From Candidatus Ratteibacteria bacterium (GTDB lineage Bacteria > Ratteibacteria > UBA8468 > B48-G9 > JAFGKM01), in contig JBKBIN010000004.1 of the NCBI GenBank assembly GCA_046296715.1, positions 24,785 through 88,784 of the forward strand: a DNA stretch of 64,000 nt, given 5' to 3'. Made by a program: the position numbers and the translations under genes. Within the stretch, counting starts at the first letter, position 1, and each line of letters opens with the position of its first letter. The notes below the pieces were generated by a model that worked only from the letters and a program-made list of their open reading frames with translations, had not been told where the DNA came from and made no database searches. This document shows positions 28,913 to 39,401 of the stretch, one piece after another.

Positions 28913-31900
28913 TTAGAATTCAAACTTAATTGTTATAATTTCGTAAGGTTTGTAATCTAATTTTATTTCTTTATTTTTTAAGGTTAATTTTTTAAATTTT
29001 TCTTCATTCAAGTTACTCATCCATACACCTTTAATATCCCTTTCAAAAACAATAGAACACTTGCCTTTTTTCCCTTCATATTCAACCATTCTTAAAATAA
29101 ATGTATTGTCTTTAATTGATTTTTTAAAGCAAGTTGGTATTAAATTCCCTTTAATTTTAAAGAACTTTTTTGCTTTGATAATTCCTTCAGTGAAGATAGG
29201 TTGAATATTATATTCCGTAGCCATTTTTGTAATTTCTGTAATATTTGTTTTTCCAAAAAATAATCTGTAAGAAAATAAATATTTCCCACTATCAGGATCA
29301 GCATCTGGTTCGTATGAATTTCTTAACAAAGTCAATGATAAATTATTTCCATCTACAAAATATCCATACTTTTCTTTATTCATTAAAACAACCCACCAGT
29401 TATTTTCTTTAAATCCAGCCCATCTTAATGAAGGATATTCTCGTGGTATATTTTTTCTTCTAATCACACCAAATGGTACCTCACAATAAAAATCAGAATT
29501 TTCAATATTGAAATTAAAATTTGTTCTTATCATTGGAACACCAATTTCGCTGTTTCCTTTTATATCCCATTCTGTTTCAAATTCAAAGTCAATGTATGGA
29601 AAGTTTCTATAAAGAATTGTTCTTTGGATAATTTCTTTATCTTTATAATTTCTTTTAATCTCAAAAATTGTCTGGATATTCCCTTCTTTAATTTCCATTT
29701 TTTCCATATCAATTAAATTTTCAATTTTGTAAATATTTCCAATTATCCATGCACTCATTGGATGAGGTTTTTCCCAGAAGATTTTTATCAAATTTGCACA
29801 ATTTTCTGCCCAGAATGAACTTCTATCTTCTGGTATTGAATTTGCTTTTGGTATTACATCTTTTTTATTTTCTTTATCATAAATTCCTCTTATAAGTCCA
29901 TACTTTTTATCTATCCAGATCCGATAAAACTCATTTTCCCATTCCTCGTCTTTTTTTATAAAACCTTGGCCTTCCACTTTCCCTTTTTTAATATAAAAAG
30001 ATTTAAAATTGTAAGGTGGTACAGAAACACAATTAAATATTAGGTTTTTCTCAAAGATTTCTACATCTAATTTTGTTCCTTTTTCGTCTTCAATATGTAT
30101 ATCTTCTTCTCCTGTGTAAGGTATTCTTAAAGGTAAACTTATTTCCCAGCCATTAGGATTGAAAACTGTTATTCCTTCTTTGTTTGTTATCATTTTCTCA
30201 AGTATTTCTTTCATAATTATATTTCCCTGGTTTATGACTTCATCAGCAAGTTTATTTGAATATTCATACGATTTATGTATTGCTGAACCATCAAGTATAT
30301 CATGAAATTGGTTAAAAAGTGTTTTTTCCCACAATTTTTCTATTTCATCTTCTGGATAATTATCTTTTTCAATCGCAAAAATTGAAGACAATGTTTCAAG
30401 TTTCAATAACATATTTTCACAATTTCTATTATTTTTCTTAATATCAGAATGAGTGGTATAACATCCTTCAAATATAAAATTCAATTCATCTTTTATGACT
30501 GGTAATTTTTTTCTATATTTTTCAATTACTCTGAAATATTTTTCAGTTGTAGAAAACTCAAGATAAGGGAAACAAGGTCTTTCATTTAATTTTATTTTTC
30601 TTTCAATATCCTGTTCAGTTGGTCCTCCACCATGGTCTCCAACTCCATAAACAAACATAAATTCTTTTATTTTATATTTTTCATAGTAATCAACGAAAAG
30701 AGGAATGATTCTGTCGCTGTCAATATGATTATTGTATATACTGTTAAAAGCAATTACCTTACTTTTGTCAGGTCCTTCCCATAAAAATAAAGGATAGCCC
30801 TTTCCACATCTCATAAAATAATAGTATTTTATATCTGCATTATTGAGTATTGTGGGTATTGTATGAGGATGACCAAATGTATCCGGACACCACATTATTT
30901 TTACTTCTTTCCCAAAATTATCATTTATATATTTTTTTGAATAAATTATGTGTCTGACTATACTTTCCCCATTAACCATATTCAGATCATTTTCAACATA
31001 AGCATTAGCAGTTATTTCCCAATTTCCACTTTTTACTTTTTCCTTTATTTTTTCAAAAAGTTTTTCATTATTTACTTGTGCAATTTTATAGACATGTGTT
31101 TGACTTTGGGAAAAAGTTAAGTCATTATATTTATCCATTAAATTTGTAATTGTTGTAAAATCTCTCAAAACGACAGAAACTGTATCTTCATAAGTCCATA
31201 ACCAATTCATATCAATGTGAGCATGTCCTATAAGATGAACTTTATATTTTTTAGCATATGGTCTAAAATTTTCAAGCAAGTTTTCAATTTCTTTAATTAG
31301 AGATGATATTTTGCCCCAATCTCTTTTTAAAATAAGGTCTGCATCAAGTTTTTCAATACTCTTATTTAAGATTTGTAAAAGTTTTTTATTTTTTGTTTCT
31401 TTTACAATGATTTGAGCAAATTTTATTTGATATAAAATTGACTTTAATTGGAAAATCAAATCATCTATGTTTTTTATTGATAGATAAGACCAAAAAACAC
31501 CAAGTCCGTCTCCTTTATTTGTTTTAAAGACAAGCAGAAATTTTTCATTTGGTTTAACTTTTTCCGTCAATAAAATCGGAGTTGCAATTTTATCAGCCCA
31601 GAATTTATGTGAATATAGATTTTTTCCATTTAGATAAAAACTAACACCTGAAGGGAAAACAAATTTTAAATAAATTTTACTTCCTGTAATTCTTATTCCT
31701 TCAATTTCTTCAGGGAATTCAATCCATTTTCTTAAATATGCATCTCCATCTTTTAATGCCCAATTTATTGGTTGTTTTCTTACTTCCCAATCATTATCAT
31801 CTAATTCAATTTTTTCTCCATCTGAAATATTTTGTTTAAATTTCCATTCATCAAGATATAAATATTTATTAATTTTTCCCTCAAGGTCTTTTAATGTATT

Positions 31901-31924
31901 TTCCCATTTTAAAATTGGATCCAT
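28913..31924 (-). CDS. GH38 alpha-mannosidase with N-terminal extension
   Basis: GHAHIDMNWLW, WCPDTFGH, YGVGDHGGGP, NQFHDILDGS, LTLLR. Confidence 0.93.
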   Translation of the reverse strand: MDPILKWENTLKDLEGKINKYLYLDEWKFKQNISDGEKIELDDNDWEVRKQPINWALKDGDAYLRKWIEFPEEIEGIRITGSKIYLKFVFPSGVSFYLNGKNLYSHKFWADKIATPILLTEKVKPNEKFLLVFKTNKGDGLGVFWSYLSIKNIDDLIFQLKSILYQIKFAQIIVKETKNKKLLQILNKSIEKLDADLILKRDWGKISSLIKEIENLLENFRPYAKKYKVHLIGHAHIDMNWLWTYEDTVSVVLRDFTTITNLMDKYNDLTFSQSQTHVYKIAQVNNEKLFEKIKEKVKSGNWEITANAYVENDLNMVNGESIVRHIIYSKKYINDNFGKEVKIMWCPDTFGHPHTIPTILNNADIKYYYFMRCGKGYPLFLWEGPDKSKVIAFNSIYNNHIDSDRIIPLFVDYYEKYKIKEFMFVYGVGDHGGGPTEQDIERKIKLNERPCFPYLEFSTTEKYFRVIEKYRKKLPVIKDELNFIFEGCYTTHSDIKKNNRNCENMLLKLETLSSIFAIEKDNYPEDEIEKLWEKTLFNQFHDILDGSAIHKSYEYSNKLADEVINQGNIIMKEILEKMITNKEGITVFNPNGWEISLPLRIPYTGEEDIHIEDEKGTKLDVEIFEKNLIFNCVSVPPYNFKSFYIKKGKVEGQGFIKKDEEWENEFYRIWIDKKYGLIRGIYDKENKKDVIPKANSIPEDRSSFWAENCANLIKIFWEKPHPMSAWIIGNIYKIENLIDMEKMEIKEGNIQTIFEIKRNYKDKEIIQRTILYRNFPYIDFEFETEWDIKGNSEIGVPMIRTNFNFNIENSDFYCEVPFGVIRRKNIPREYPSLRWAGFKENNWWVVLMNKEKYGYFVDGNNLSLTLLRNSYEPDADPDSGKYLFSYRLFFGKTNITEITKMATEYNIQPIFTEGIIKAKKFFKIKGNLIPTCFKKSIKDNTFILRMVEYEGKKGKCSIVFERDIKGVWMSNLNEEKFKKLTLKNKEIKLDYKPYEIITIKFEF

Positions 31925-32002
31925 TTATTCTCCTTTTTTAATGAATAATATTTTAAATGGTATAAAAATAAAATCAAGTTTATTTAGATAAAGGGAAAAG
32001 TG

Positions 32003-34579
32003 TCAACTATTTTTTTGAGAAAATTTCAAGATATTATTTTCACAGTCAATAATTATTGTGTCTCCTTCTTTAAATTCACCAGAAAGGATTTTTAACGCAA
32101 GAGGATTTTCTATTTCTCTCTGTATAAGTCGTTTTAACGGTCGTGCTCCAAAATTTTCGTTATATCCTTTTTCCGCAAGATAATTTTTAGCGTTTTCTGT
32201 CAATTCTATTTGTATTTTTTTATCAAGTAAACGTTTCTGTAAATATGAAATCTGGATATCAACAATTTTTAAAATATCTTGTTTTTTAAGACGATTAAAA
32301 ATAATAATTTCATCAACTCTATTTAAAAATTCAGGTCTGAATTTTGATTTTAAGATTTCCATTATTTTCTCTCTTACTAAATTTTCATCTGCGAAAGAAA
32401 TAATTATTTGACTTCCAATATTTGAAGTCATAATAATGACAGTATTTTTAAAATCAACAGTTCTACCTTGTCCATCGGTTAATCTTCCATCGTCAAGAAT
32501 TTGTAAAAGAATATTGAAAACATCAGGATGTGCTTTTTCTATTTCATCAAGTAAAATAACACTATACGGCCTTCTTCTAATTTTTTCTGTTAATTGTCCA
32601 CCTTCCTCGTAGCCTACATATCCTGGAGGAGCACCAATAAGCCGAGAGACATTATGTTTTTCCATATATTCACTCATATCAATCCGAACAAGCGCATTTT
32701 CATCATTAAATAAAAATTCAGCAAGTGCTTTTGCGAGTTCAGTTTTACCTACACCAGTCGGTCCAAGAAAGATAAAAGAACCTATAGGTCTATTTGGATC
32801 TGAAAGTCCAGCCCTATTTCTTCTAATTGCTTCAGAAACTGCCTTTATTGCTTCATCCTGTCCAACAACTCTTTTTGCAAGTCGCATCTCCATATTTATC
32901 AATTTTTCAATTTCTCCTTCAAGCATTTTATTTACAGGTATTCCAGTCCATTTTGAAACAATTTCAGCAATATCTTCTTCAGTAACTTCATCTTTTAAAA
33001 GCCCTTTTCCTTTTTGTATCTCTTTTAATTTCTTTGTTTCTTGTTCAAGTTGTTTATTTAGTTCAATCAATTTGCCATACTTATATTCTGCTGCTTTGTC
33101 AAGGTCTCCTTCCCTCTGAGCTTTTTCTACTATATTTCTTGCAATCTCTATCTGTTCTTTTATTTTTCTTATTCTTTCAACTATTTCTTTTTCACTAATC
33201 CATTGGTTATATAATTTTTCTCTTTCTACTTTTAATTCTGATATTTCTTTTTCAAGTTTTTCAAGACGTTCTTTAACTTCTGGAGAGTTTTCTTTCTTTA
33301 ATGCTTGCCTTTCAATTTCAAGTTGTGTAATTTTTCTGTCAATTTCATCAAGTTCAACTGGCATACTATCAATTTCCATTTTTAATTTACTTGCTGCTTC
33401 ATCAATTAAATCTATTGCTTTGTCAGGTAAAAATCTTCCGCTTATATATTTATTAGATAAAACTGCTGCTGCAACAATTGCACTATCAGTAATTTTAACT
33501 CCATGATGAACTTCATATTTCTCTTTTAGTCCTCTTAAAATAGAGATTGTCTCCTCAACAGTTGGTTCTTTAACATATAATGGCTGGAATCTTCTTTCCA
33601 GTGCTCTATCTTTTTCTATGTATTTTCTATATTCATCAAGAGTTGTAGCACCTATACATCTTAATGTTCCTCTTGCAAGTGCAGGTTTTAACATATTAGA
33701 TGCATCAATTGCACCTTCTGCTGCCCCTGCTCCGACAAGTGTATGAAGTTCATCTATAAATAAAATTATATCTCCTTCTCTCTTTTCTATCTCTTTTAAA
33801 ATTGCTTTTAATCTTTCTTCAAACTCGCCTCTAAACTTTGTTCCTGCTATTAGAGCACCAAGATCAAGAGCAAGTATTCTTTTATTTTTTAAATTTTCAG
33901 GAACATCACCTGAAACAATTCTTCTTGCCAAACCTTCAACTATTGCTGTTTTACCAACTCCTGCTTCTCCTATTAAAACAGGATTATTTTTTGTCCTTCT
34001 TGATAGAATTTGGATAACTCTTCTTATTTCTTCATCTCTTCCAATAACAGGGTCAAGTTTCCCTTTTCTTGCAAGTTCTGTTAAATCTCGTGTGTATTTT
34101 TCAAGGACTTTATATTTTGTTTCTGCTTCTCTATCTGTTATTTTTTCTCCATTTCTTAAATTTTGTATAACTTTTATTATTCTATCTTTGGTAATGTTAT
34201 GTCTTGTAAAAATTTCTTTAACTGGAGATTCAACTTCGCTCATAGCAATTAAAAGATGTTCTACTCCGATATATTCATCCTGAAAAAGTTTTGCATAGTT
34301 TTGAGATTTATATAATAAATGGTTAAATGTAGGGCTGATATATAAATTAGTTTTAGAGCCATAAACTTTGGGAAGATTTTCTATTTCTTTTTCAATATCA
34401 TCCTTTAAGATTTCTAAATTTACATTTAATTCTTTTAGTATATCACTAACTATATCATCTTCAACCATCACATAAGCAAGGTGCAGAACATCAATTTCAT
34501 TATTATTTTTCTCCTGTGCTAAAGCCTGGCATGTCATTAACAATTCTTGTGCTTTTGTTGTAAACTTCTCAAGATTCAT
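32003..34579 (-). CDS. clpB: ATP-dependent chaperone ClpB
   Basis: Two AAA+ modules ([16 protein letters not shown]), long middle coiled coil, GARPLKR, no IGF loop seen; start set at MNLEKFT after AAGGAG. Confidence 0.97.
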   Translation of the reverse strand: MNLEKFTTKAQELLMTCQALAQEKNNNEIDVLHLAYVMVEDDIVSDILKELNVNLEILKDDIEKEIENLPKVYGSKTNLYISPTFNHLLYKSQNYAKLFQDEYIGVEHLLIAMSEVESPVKEIFTRHNITKDRIIKVIQNLRNGEKITDREAETKYKVLEKYTRDLTELARKGKLDPVIGRDEEIRRVIQILSRRTKNNPVLIGEAGVGKTAIVEGLARRIVSGDVPENLKNKRILALDLGALIAGTKFRGEFEERLKAILKEIEKREGDIILFIDELHTLVGAGAAEGAIDASNMLKPALARGTLRCIGATTLDEYRKYIEKDRALERRFQPLYVKEPTVEETISILRGLKEKYEVHHGVKITDSAIVAAAVLSNKYISGRFLPDKAIDLIDEAASKLKMEIDSMPVELDEIDRKITQLEIERQALKKENSPEVKERLEKLEKEISELKVEREKLYNQWISEKEIVERIRKIKEQIEIARNIVEKAQREGDLDKAAEYKYGKLIELNKQLEQETKKLKEIQKGKGLLKDEVTEEDIAEIVSKWTGIPVNKMLEGEIEKLINMEMRLAKRVVGQDEAIKAVSEAIRRNRAGLSDPNRPIGSFIFLGPTGVGKTELAKALAEFLFNDENALVRIDMSEYMEKHNVSRLIGAPPGYVGYEEGGQLTEKIRRRPYSVILLDEIEKAHPDVFNILLQILDDGRLTDGQGRTVDFKNTVIIMTSNIGSQIIISFADENLVREKIMEILKSKFRPEFLNRVDEIIIFNRLKKQDILKIVDIQISYLQKRLLDKKIQIELTENAKNYLAEKGYNENFGARPLKRLIQREIENPLALKILSGEFKEGDTIIIDCENNILKFSQKNS

Positions 34580-34599
34580 TTTTGCTCCTTTTTGTATAT

Positions 34600-34628
34600 T
34601 TAGATGGGTTTTTTTTAAAAAAGTTTCA
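34600..34628 (-). promoter_or_regulatory. Putative alternative-sigma (ECF/sigma32-like) promoter upstream of clpB
   Basis: TGAAAC-N17-ATCTAA on minus strand; also contains TGAAA...CCCAT. Confidence 0.45.
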
Positions 34629-34631
34629 GAT

Positions 34632-34997
34632 TTATTTTTCAACAAACTTACATTTAATTGGTCCAAATCTTATTTCATCATTGTCTTCAAGTTTATATGG
34701 TTTTTTTACTTCAAGACGAGCCATATTTACATATGTACCGTATTGACTTCCGAGTCCTGTTGTTCCAATGTCTTCAATATACCAACCATCCTGTTTTTTT
34801 GTTATTCTTGCGTGAATTCTTGACACTTTCATTAAACTATCAAGATACAACCTTTTTGTAGATTCTGGTAAACTTTTGAAGTAATTATAATTCGGGATAG
34901 AAATATCATTTGTATTTTGTCTTCCAATATAAATTTTTTCTTTTGTTAATTCATACTCTTTATCCATAAAAGGATAATCAAAAACAAGTTTAGCCAT
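34632..34997 (-). CDS. Stand-alone FHA-domain protein
   Basis: IYIGR, VSRIHA, IED...S.YGTYVN, L.D.DEIRFG. Confidence 0.88.
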   Translation of the reverse strand: MAKLVFDYPFMDKEYELTKEKIYIGRQNTNDISIPNYNYFKSLPESTKRLYLDSLMKVSRIHARITKKQDGWYIEDIGTTGLGSQYGTYVNMARLEVKKPYKLEDNDEIRFGPIKCKFVEK

Positions 34998-35742
34998 AGG
35001 TTTTCTGATTTTTTATAATTTTTGAAATAATGTACATCCCACCAATTATAAATATTAAAATTGCAATAATCTGTGTTGGATAAAGTCCAAGGATTGTCTT
35101 TTTAAGGTCTCCCCTTAAAAAATCCACAAAATATCTAATTAATGAAAAACTTATCAAATAGGATGCGAAAATAAATCCAGTGCCTTTTTTAAATTTTTGA
35201 GACAATTTTTTTAATAGAAAGAAAAGCATTATATATAAAAATGAATAATAGAGTTCTGTAGGATGAACCTTCTTTTCAAGAAATGGAAATTTAACAGCAA
35301 GGAAAAAATTTGTTTCCTTTCCATAACAACAACCATTTAAAAAGCATCCTATTCTTCCAATTGCTTGTCCAATAGGTACTGCAATAGCAACTGTATCAAG
35401 AAGTTTAACAGTAGAAATCTTTTTAAATTTAGAAAATAAAATTAGAAAAATAAGAGAAAATAAAATTGCTCCTTCTACTGCAAGCCCTCCATTTCTTAAT
35501 TTAAAAATCTCTAAAGGATTAACAACATAATAATAAATATTTACAAAAATGTGTAAAATCCTTGCTCCAATAATTCCTGTAAAAATTGTCCAAAAAACAA
35601 GTTGAGAAATAACTTTCTCATCATAACCCTCTTTAATAGCTTCTTTTTGAAATATTGACACAGAAACAAAAACGCCTATAGCAACCAAGATTCCATACCA
35701 ATATATAATAAAACCACCAATTTTTATAAATATAGGATGCAT
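34990..35742 (-). CDS. lgt: Prolipoprotein diacylglyceryl transferase
   Basis: WYG, IIGAR, GQAIGRIGCFLNG, HPTELY, RYFVDFLR. Confidence 0.93.
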   Translation of the reverse strand: MHPIFIKIGGFIIYWYGILVAIGVFVSVSIFQKEAIKEGYDEKVISQLVFWTIFTGIIGARILHIFVNIYYYVVNPLEIFKLRNGGLAVEGAILFSLIFLILFSKFKKISTVKLLDTVAIAVPIGQAIGRIGCFLNGCCYGKETNFFLAVKFPFLEKKVHPTELYYSFLYIMLFFLLKKLSQKFKKGTGFIFASYLISFSLIRYFVDFLRGDLKKTILGLYPTQIIAILIFIIGGMYIISKIIKNQKTYG

Positions 35743-35743
35743 T

Positions 35744-36193
35744 TTACTCTCTTAAATATCTTAAAAAAAATAAAATAATACCTATTGTTACAAAAGCATC
35801 TGCAAGATTGAATACAGGGAAAAAATGAAAGTTTATAAAATCAATTACATATCCATATTTTATTCTATCAATTAAATTTCCAATAATTCCTCCTGTAACC
35901 AAACCTAAAGAAAATTCCCGATATTTTTCAAATTTAAAAACAATAAAAAAAATAGAAAAAATCGCAATTAAAGAAAAAATAATTATAAAAATTTTCGTTT
36001 TTTCACTACTAAATAAACCGAAAACTATTCCTTTATTTTTAACAAATGTAAGAGAGAAAAAACTTGTTATATCTATATTTCCATCAAATTTTTTCAGTAA
36101 ATTAACAACAAAAGATTTTGTAATTTGGTCAAGAAAAAAAACAAAAAAAGTAGTAATGAAGAAAATATTTGGAACTGTTTTATTTTTTTTCAC
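35744..36193 (-). CDS. lspA: Signal peptidase II
   Basis: DQITK, N.G..FG, GNLIDR, VIDF, FNLAD. Confidence 0.95.
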   Translation of the reverse strand: MKKNKTVPNIFFITTFFVFFLDQITKSFVVNLLKKFDGNIDITSFFSLTFVKNKGIVFGLFSSEKTKIFIIIFSLIAIFSIFFIVFKFEKYREFSLGLVTGGIIGNLIDRIKYGYVIDFINFHFFPVFNLADAFVTIGIILFFLRYLRE

Positions 36194-36536
36194 TTTTTTC
36201 TCTTTCTGTTTGACATTTTATGCAAAACCTTGCATAGGGAAGTGCTTGTAATCTTTCTTTTGATATTGGTTGTTTACAATTGTCGCATTTACCATAAGTT
36301 CCTTCTTTTATTTTTTTGATTGCAAGTTCAATTTCTTCAAGGATTCTTCTTTCAGAATTAGAAAGTCCAACTTCAAGATCTTTTTCAAACTCATCTGTTC
36401 CGTAATCGGCAATGTGTGTTGGAACGCCCTTTTCCCCTTTTTCAATTACTTCCCTTGCATATGATAAGTTTTTCAAAATTTTTTCCTTTTCTTTTACGAG
36501 TAAATCAAGATAATACTTTTTTTCTTCTTTTTTCAT
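36180..36536 (-). CDS. DksA/TraR C4 zinc-finger protein
   Basis: [33 protein letters not shown]; start set at the ATG after GAGG. Confidence 0.9.
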   Translation of the reverse strand: MKKEEKKYYLDLLVKEKEKILKNLSYAREVIEKGEKGVPTHIADYGTDEFEKDLEVGLSNSERRILEEIELAIKKIKEGTYGKCDNCKQPISKERLQALPYARFCIKCQTEREKSEKK

Positions 36537-36549
36537 TTGTACCTCACAT

Positions 36550-36963
36550 TCATAAATCAAATATTATTGTTGTTTTATATTTATCACCAATCTTTTCTAT
36601 TCTTAAATTATGGTATGTTGCTGCTTTTATTTCCTTTTCCATCCCTTCTATTTTTTTTACTAAAAGTTTAACAAAAAGATTATAGTTGTTATTCTCAGTT
36701 TCTATCTTTAATTGTTCAATTTCTCCAGCAATTTTTTTTGTCTCTGCATAATATATTATCTCATTTAAAAACTTAACAAGTAAATTTTCAAATTCTTCAT
36801 CTTGAATATTTATCTCAATAGTCTTTTCTATGTTATTTAGTTTAACTCCCATTATTTTATATAGACCTTTTAATGAGTTAACAAAGAGTTCCTCTATTGT
36901 TTTTCCGTATACAATCAATCCTATATCAGCAGTATGGTTTATAATTTCAATATTTTTGTTCAT
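36550..36963 (-). CDS. Archease
   Basis: HTADIG...G.TIEELF; LLV.FLNEII; EIKAATYH; IFDL C-terminus. Confidence 0.92.
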   Translation of the reverse strand: MNKNIEIINHTADIGLIVYGKTIEELFVNSLKGLYKIMGVKLNNIEKTIEINIQDEEFENLLVKFLNEIIYYAETKKIAGEIEQLKIETENNNYNLFVKLLVKKIEGMEKEIKAATYHNLRIEKIGDKYKTTIIFDL

Positions 36964-39389
36964 TATTCTCTTTCTACTTTTGTTATATCTGTTATTTTAT
37001 CATCATCGGGAAGATTTATAAGTCTTACACCAATTGTATTTCTTCCAACAATTCTTATATCAGAAACTTTAATTCTTATAACAATTCCTTTTTTTGTAGT
37101 TATAATTATTTCGTCTTCTTCTGAAACCAGTTTAGAAGCAACAACTTCACCATTTTTTGGGCCAACTTTTATATCTATAACTCCTTTTCCTCCTCTGTGT
37201 TGAACTTTATATTCTTTTATCAATGTTCTTTTTCCATATCCATTCTCGCAAACGGTAAGCAATGACATATTTTCTTCTTCAGGTTTTACAATTTCACAAC
37301 TAACAACTTCGTCGTCTTGTTTTTTAAATCTTATTCCAATAACTCCAACCGCATCTCTTCCGACAGGTCTCACTTCTTTTTCTGGAAATCTAATACTTAG
37401 TCCTTTTTTAGTACTTAAAATAATATGGTTATTACCATCTGTCAATTTAACGTCAATAAGTTTATCATTTTCCCTAAGGTCAATAGCAATTATTCCGCCT
37501 TTCCTTGGTTTACTATATTTTTCAAGAGACGTTTTTTTAATAAGTCCATTTTTAGTAATCATTATTAAAAATTTTTCTTTTGAGAACTCCTTTACTGGTA
37601 TAACTGCAGAAATTTTCTCCCCTGGTTCAATTCTTAAAAGATTTATTATTGGTTTCCCTTTTGACATTCTACTTCCTTCTGGAATTAGATATCCTTTAAG
37701 CCAATAAACTTTTCCTTTATCAGAAAAAAATAAAATTGTATCAGTTGTTGTTGTTAAAATAAGGTGTTTTATAAAATCTTCTTCTTTAATTGATGCTCCT
37801 ATTAATCCTTTTCCTCCTCTTCTTTGTCTCCTGAATGAGTCAAGAGTTGTTCTTTTTATATAACCCTCATACGAAATAGTTACAACTATATCTTCTGGTC
37901 TTATTAAATCAACATCTTCAAATTCTTCTATATTTTCAACTATTTCTGTTTTTCTTTCATCCCCAAATTTTTCTTTAATCATTAAAAGTTCATTTTTTAT
38001 TATTTCTTTTACTTTCATCTGGTTTTCAAGAATTTCTCTGTAATCCTTAATTTTCAATTCAATTTCATCCTTTTCTTTTATTATTTTTTCTCTTTCAAGA
38101 CCTGTTAATCTTGAAAGAGGCATACTTAGTATTGCATTCGCCTGTATTTCTGTAATTTTAAAAGTTTTTATTAATTTTTCTTCTGCTTCCTCTACATTTT
38201 TAGAATTTCTAATTAAATCAATGGTTTTATCAAGATTATCAAGGGCAACAATTAATCCAAGAAGAATATGGTGTCTTTCTTCTGCTTTTCTTAAGTCATA
38301 TTTAGTTCTTTTTATTACAATCTCTTCTCTAAAATCTATAAAATGTTGCAGCATCTCTTTTATGTTTAAAAGGCGAGGTTGTCTATTGACAAGGGCAAGA
38401 TTAATTATTCCATAAGAAGTTTGTAATTGAGTATGTTTATAAAGTTGATTTATTATTATATCAACATTTTCTCCCTTTTTAGTCTCAAGAACAACCCTTA
38501 TACCTGATTTATCTGATTCGTCTCTTACTTCAGTTACACCTCCAATTTTCCCATTTTCTATAAGATTTGCTATTTCTTCAACAAGGTTTGCTTTATTTAC
38601 TTCAAAAGGGATACTCTTTATTACTATATTTACTTTATTTTTTTCTTCTTCAACTTCAACATGTCCCCGTAAAGTAATTATTCCTTTTCCTGTAACATAT
38701 GCGTTTTTAATTCCTTCTCTTCCACATATCATACCACCTGTTGGAAAATCTGGACCTGGCAAAAACTTCATCAATTCTTCTATAGATATTTCAGGATTTT
38801 CAATTAATTTTATTAATGCATCTACTACTTCTGATAAATTATGAGGAGGTATATTAGTAGCCATTCCAACTGCAATTCCTGAAGAACCATTTATAAGAAG
38901 ATTAGGAATTTTACTTGGCAAAACAGTTGGTTCCATTAAAGATTCATCAAAATTAGGAACAAACTCAACGGTTTCCTTTTCAATATCTGCAAGTATTTCC
39001 ATTGAAATTGGTGCAAGACGAGCTTCAGTATATCGCATAGCCGCTGGTGGGTCTCCATCAATAGAACCAAAATTTCCTTGTCCTTCAATCAACGGATATC
39101 TTAAAGTAAAAGTTTGTGCCATTCTTGCAATTGCTTCATAAATTGGAGCATCTCCATGAGGATGATATTTACCCATAACTTCTCCAACAATTCTTGCAGA
39201 TTTTTTAAAAGGTTTACCTGGTTCTAAACCAAGTTCAAGCATTCCATAAAGAATTCTTCTATGAACTGGTTTTAATCCATCTCTTATATCTGGTAATGCT
39301 CTTCCAATAATAACACTCATTGCATAATCAAGATAAGACTCTTTCATTTCCTCTTCAATTCCAACAATTCTTATTTTTTCTCCTTCCAT
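36963..39389 (-). CDS. gyrA: DNA gyrase subunit A
   Basis: [22 protein letters not shown], GyrA box QRRGGKG. Confidence 0.98.
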   Translation of the reverse strand: MEGEKIRIVGIEEEMKESYLDYAMSVIIGRALPDIRDGLKPVHRRILYGMLELGLEPGKPFKKSARIVGEVMGKYHPHGDAPIYEAIARMAQTFTLRYPLIEGQGNFGSIDGDPPAAMRYTEARLAPISMEILADIEKETVEFVPNFDESLMEPTVLPSKIPNLLINGSSGIAVGMATNIPPHNLSEVVDALIKLIENPEISIEELMKFLPGPDFPTGGMICGREGIKNAYVTGKGIITLRGHVEVEEEKNKVNIVIKSIPFEVNKANLVEEIANLIENGKIGGVTEVRDESDKSGIRVVLETKKGENVDIIINQLYKHTQLQTSYGIINLALVNRQPRLLNIKEMLQHFIDFREEIVIKRTKYDLRKAEERHHILLGLIVALDNLDKTIDLIRNSKNVEEAEEKLIKTFKITEIQANAILSMPLSRLTGLEREKIIKEKDEIELKIKDYREILENQMKVKEIIKNELLMIKEKFGDERKTEIVENIEEFEDVDLIRPEDIVVTISYEGYIKRTTLDSFRRQRRGGKGLIGASIKEEDFIKHLILTTTTDTILFFSDKGKVYWLKGYLIPEGSRMSKGKPIINLLRIEPGEKISAVIPVKEFSKEKFLIMITKNGLIKKTSLEKYSKPRKGGIIAIDLRENDKLIDVKLTDGNNHIILSTKKGLSIRFPEKEVRPVGRDAVGVIGIRFKKQDDEVVSCEIVKPEEENMSLLTVCENGYGKRTLIKEYKVQHRGGKGVIDIKVGPKNGEVVASKLVSEEDEIIITTKKGIVIRIKVSDIRIVGRNTIGVRLINLPDDDKITDITKVERE

Positions 39390-39401
39390 AATTACCCTTC
39401 T

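Noticed and set aside
34580..34997. FHA plus Clp ATPase as type VI secretion genes
   Set aside because: The ATPase is a canonical ClpB with a middle domain; no other tss genes are present
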